Assembly (NCBI GenBank): GCA_964234715.1
Contig: OZ174292.1
Source: Podarcis melisellensis
Lineage: Eukaryota
Direction: 5' to 3' (one strand)
DNA: 64,000 nt
Below are positions 61,857 through 64,000 of this stretch, piece after piece. Each line of letters opens with the position of its first letter. Position 1 is the stretch's first letter. The notes under the pieces are model-generated. The model did no database searches. It saw only the letters and a list, made by a program, of their open reading frames with translations, and was not told the origin of the DNA. The position numbers and the translations under genes were made by a program.

Positions 61857-62584
61857 CAATTCTCAGCATTATCTCGGCATTCTGGTATAAAGCTGATGTA
61901 TGTTGTTGTGTAGATATACTGTAGTGAGCTCCCAGCCACAAATTTTCAGTTGGCTATGGGAGATGAGCATGTGAAGAGAAAATGTGGGTTGGGGTTTTTT
62001 ATTTGTTGCGCTTTTTTAAAGGATCCTAGCATGTTTTTCCCTGTTATGAGAACGCTACTTATCTGTCCAGAGTGTGCATCTATATCTCCTTTGGGAACTG
62101 ACTATGATATCCATTTGAAGAAGCTCATAAATGTGACTGCGGCTGAATCAAAATGTCTCAGCTGATGAGCAACTCATAGAGCTGAGCTTGGAACCCCCAG
62201 AATTTGGATTGGAAGAGTTGCATTGCTTTGCAATGGAGTCTTGGCGGGATTTTTCTTTCAGACACTTCATTACACATCTGCAGACCCCTCCAAGTGTCCC
62301 TATTTTGGAGGGTAAGCATCTGAAAAAGAGGGCTGTTGTCTTTGAAAGCTTGTGCGGTAATAAAGCCACTGCCACAAAACCCTTTGTTGTTGTTTTTTAT
62401 CATTATTGCTGGATCCTTCAGCACAGTAAGTCACCTGTGTAAATAATACTGAGACCCATATTGTGGAAATGAAATACAATATGCAATTGACTGCTGTTAC
62501 TGGCACTCATTGTAGTTTTGCACTCATTCAGGAATGCTGTTATCGTATGATGATTCTTAGGAGCTATTTATTACATGTTAACAC

Positions 62585-62586
<2 letters not shown>

Positions 62587-62628
<42 letters not shown>

Positions 62629-62935
62629 TTATTATTTGTACCCCGCCCATCTGGCTGGGTTTCCCCAGCCACTCTGGGCGGCTTCCAACAAAGATGAAAG
62701 ATACACTAAAATGTCACATATTAAAAACTTCCCTGAACAGGGCTGCCTTCAGATGTCTTCTGAATGTCAGGTAGATGTTTATCGCTTTGACATCTGATGG
62801 GAGGGCGTTCCACAGGGCGGGCGCCACTACCGAGAAGGCCCTCTGCCTGGTTCCCTGTAACTTGGCCTCTCGCAGTGAGGGAACCGCCAGAAGGCCCTCG
62901 GAGCTGGACCTCAGTGTCCGGGCAGAACGATGGGG
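62587..62935 (-). mobile_element. L2-type LINE 3' end with (TAA)n tail
   Basis: RSSSEGLLAVPSLREAKLQGTRQRAFSVVAPALWNALPSDVK...LKAALFREVF. Confidence 0.9.
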
Positions 62936-63083
62936 GAGGAGACATGTTAACAGCCCCCCAACACTGTGGTTCTTTTCTTTTAAAAGCTGCTGTGGGAGGA
63001 GGGAATTGAGAGCAGAGAAATGATGCAGGCAAAGGGAGGGGGACTTAGCTTTTGCCCCACCTGCCATTTCATTGCTCCAAGTA

Positions 63084-63321
63084 CAGTCATGCTTCATGTT
63101 ACGTCCGCTTCATGTTACGTTCTTTCAGGTTACGTCCCGCAGCGACCCGGAAGTACCGGAAAGGGTTACTTGCACAGAAGCGCAAAATAATATCATGTGC
63201 ATGTGCAGAAGCGGCAAATCCCAACCCGCGCATGCGCATATGCGCTGCTGCGGGTTGCGCTCTTTTCATGTTGTGAACGGGCCTCCGGAACGGATCCCAT
63301 TCGCAACCAGAGGTACCACTG
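63084..63321. mobile_element. Tc1/mariner MITE family D
   Basis: TA-CAGTCAT...GAGGTACCACTG-TA. Confidence 0.85.
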
Positions 63322-63699
63322 TATCCTTCAACGTGCAAGATTCTCCCTCCCACTACCACCCTGTAGCAATACATAACATGCAGTTCATGCCAACCCCCTT
63401 ATAACACACATGACCATGTGGTGGGTCATAGTAGGCCACATCTGCCCCTTGCCCTGGATTTCCTAAACTCCCACCACCCTTCCTCATGCCAGATAGGGAA
63501 TGCAAGGCGTGCCATTGCTTCTTAAGTATCATCCCCCTTTTTTCCTGGAAGGAGGGACCCTGGCCAGCAAAGAAGTGGCCTCACATCTGCAGTCTAATGA
63601 CATTAGTTTTGTTTGATTCGCCTTTTCAAGTGACCTGACCTGTTTGCAGTTCCTGGATTAATACAGTCATACCTCGAGTTACAGACGCTTTAGGTCGCG

Positions 63700-64000
63700 T
63701 TTTTTTTAATAAATATTTTTTATTAATTTTCCCACATACATTTATAATATCCAATCTAAATTTATCACATATTTTCTCTTTTGGACTTCCTTCAGCCTCT
63801 CTAACAATCATCCATTGTTCAATTTTTTAATTACACATTTCCTAATTTTTTTATTGCATTTTATATACCTTCACCGTCTTATTTTTCTTCAACACAATAT
63901 TCCTCAAACATTCACAGAGCTTCTTGAAATCCCACTAGCGTTGTTTGCTCATCACATATACATTACAAATAATCTGAAAATTTTCCCCGTTTTTTTGGGT
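63700..64000 (-). mobile_element. L1/Tx1-like LINE 3' end inserted into a MITE that starts at 63664
   Basis: MITE start CAGTCATACCTCGAG breaks off at a poly-T followed by T-rich LINE-like 3' UTR running off the window. Confidence 0.55.

Noticed and set aside
62319-62365. Degenerate Penelope-type hammerhead-like motif (CTGAAAAAG...TGAAAGCTT...AATAAA)
   Set aside because: Catalytic core CUGANGA is mutated and the stems are not convincing; at most a fossil.

Overview
Vertebrate (squamate reptile, probably lacertid lizard) genomic DNA, inferred from abundant Sauria-type SINEs, L2/CR1/RTE LINE fragments and hAT/Tc1-mariner MITEs. I can support no host protein-coding gene: the only protein-like ORFs are decayed LINE reverse-transcriptase fragments. 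The functional core is a minus-strand microRNA polycistron, miR-23a (~10.7 kb), miR-27a (~10.4 kb) and miR-24-2 (~9.0 kb), recognised from exact matches to the mature 3p sequences within hairpins. Around it are candidate spliced host-gene exons (14.3, 14.0 and 10.8 kb, possibly 52.7 kb), a sense-oriented LTR-like promoter remnant (15.3-15.9 kb), G-quadruplex motifs just 5' of two hairpins, and MITEs inserted inside the polycistron. There is also a CpG island at the left edge, several candidate enhancer modules, many nested or composite transposons, and a 200-N assembly gap (37580-37779). Coordinates of eroded repeats are approximate and were read by eye.
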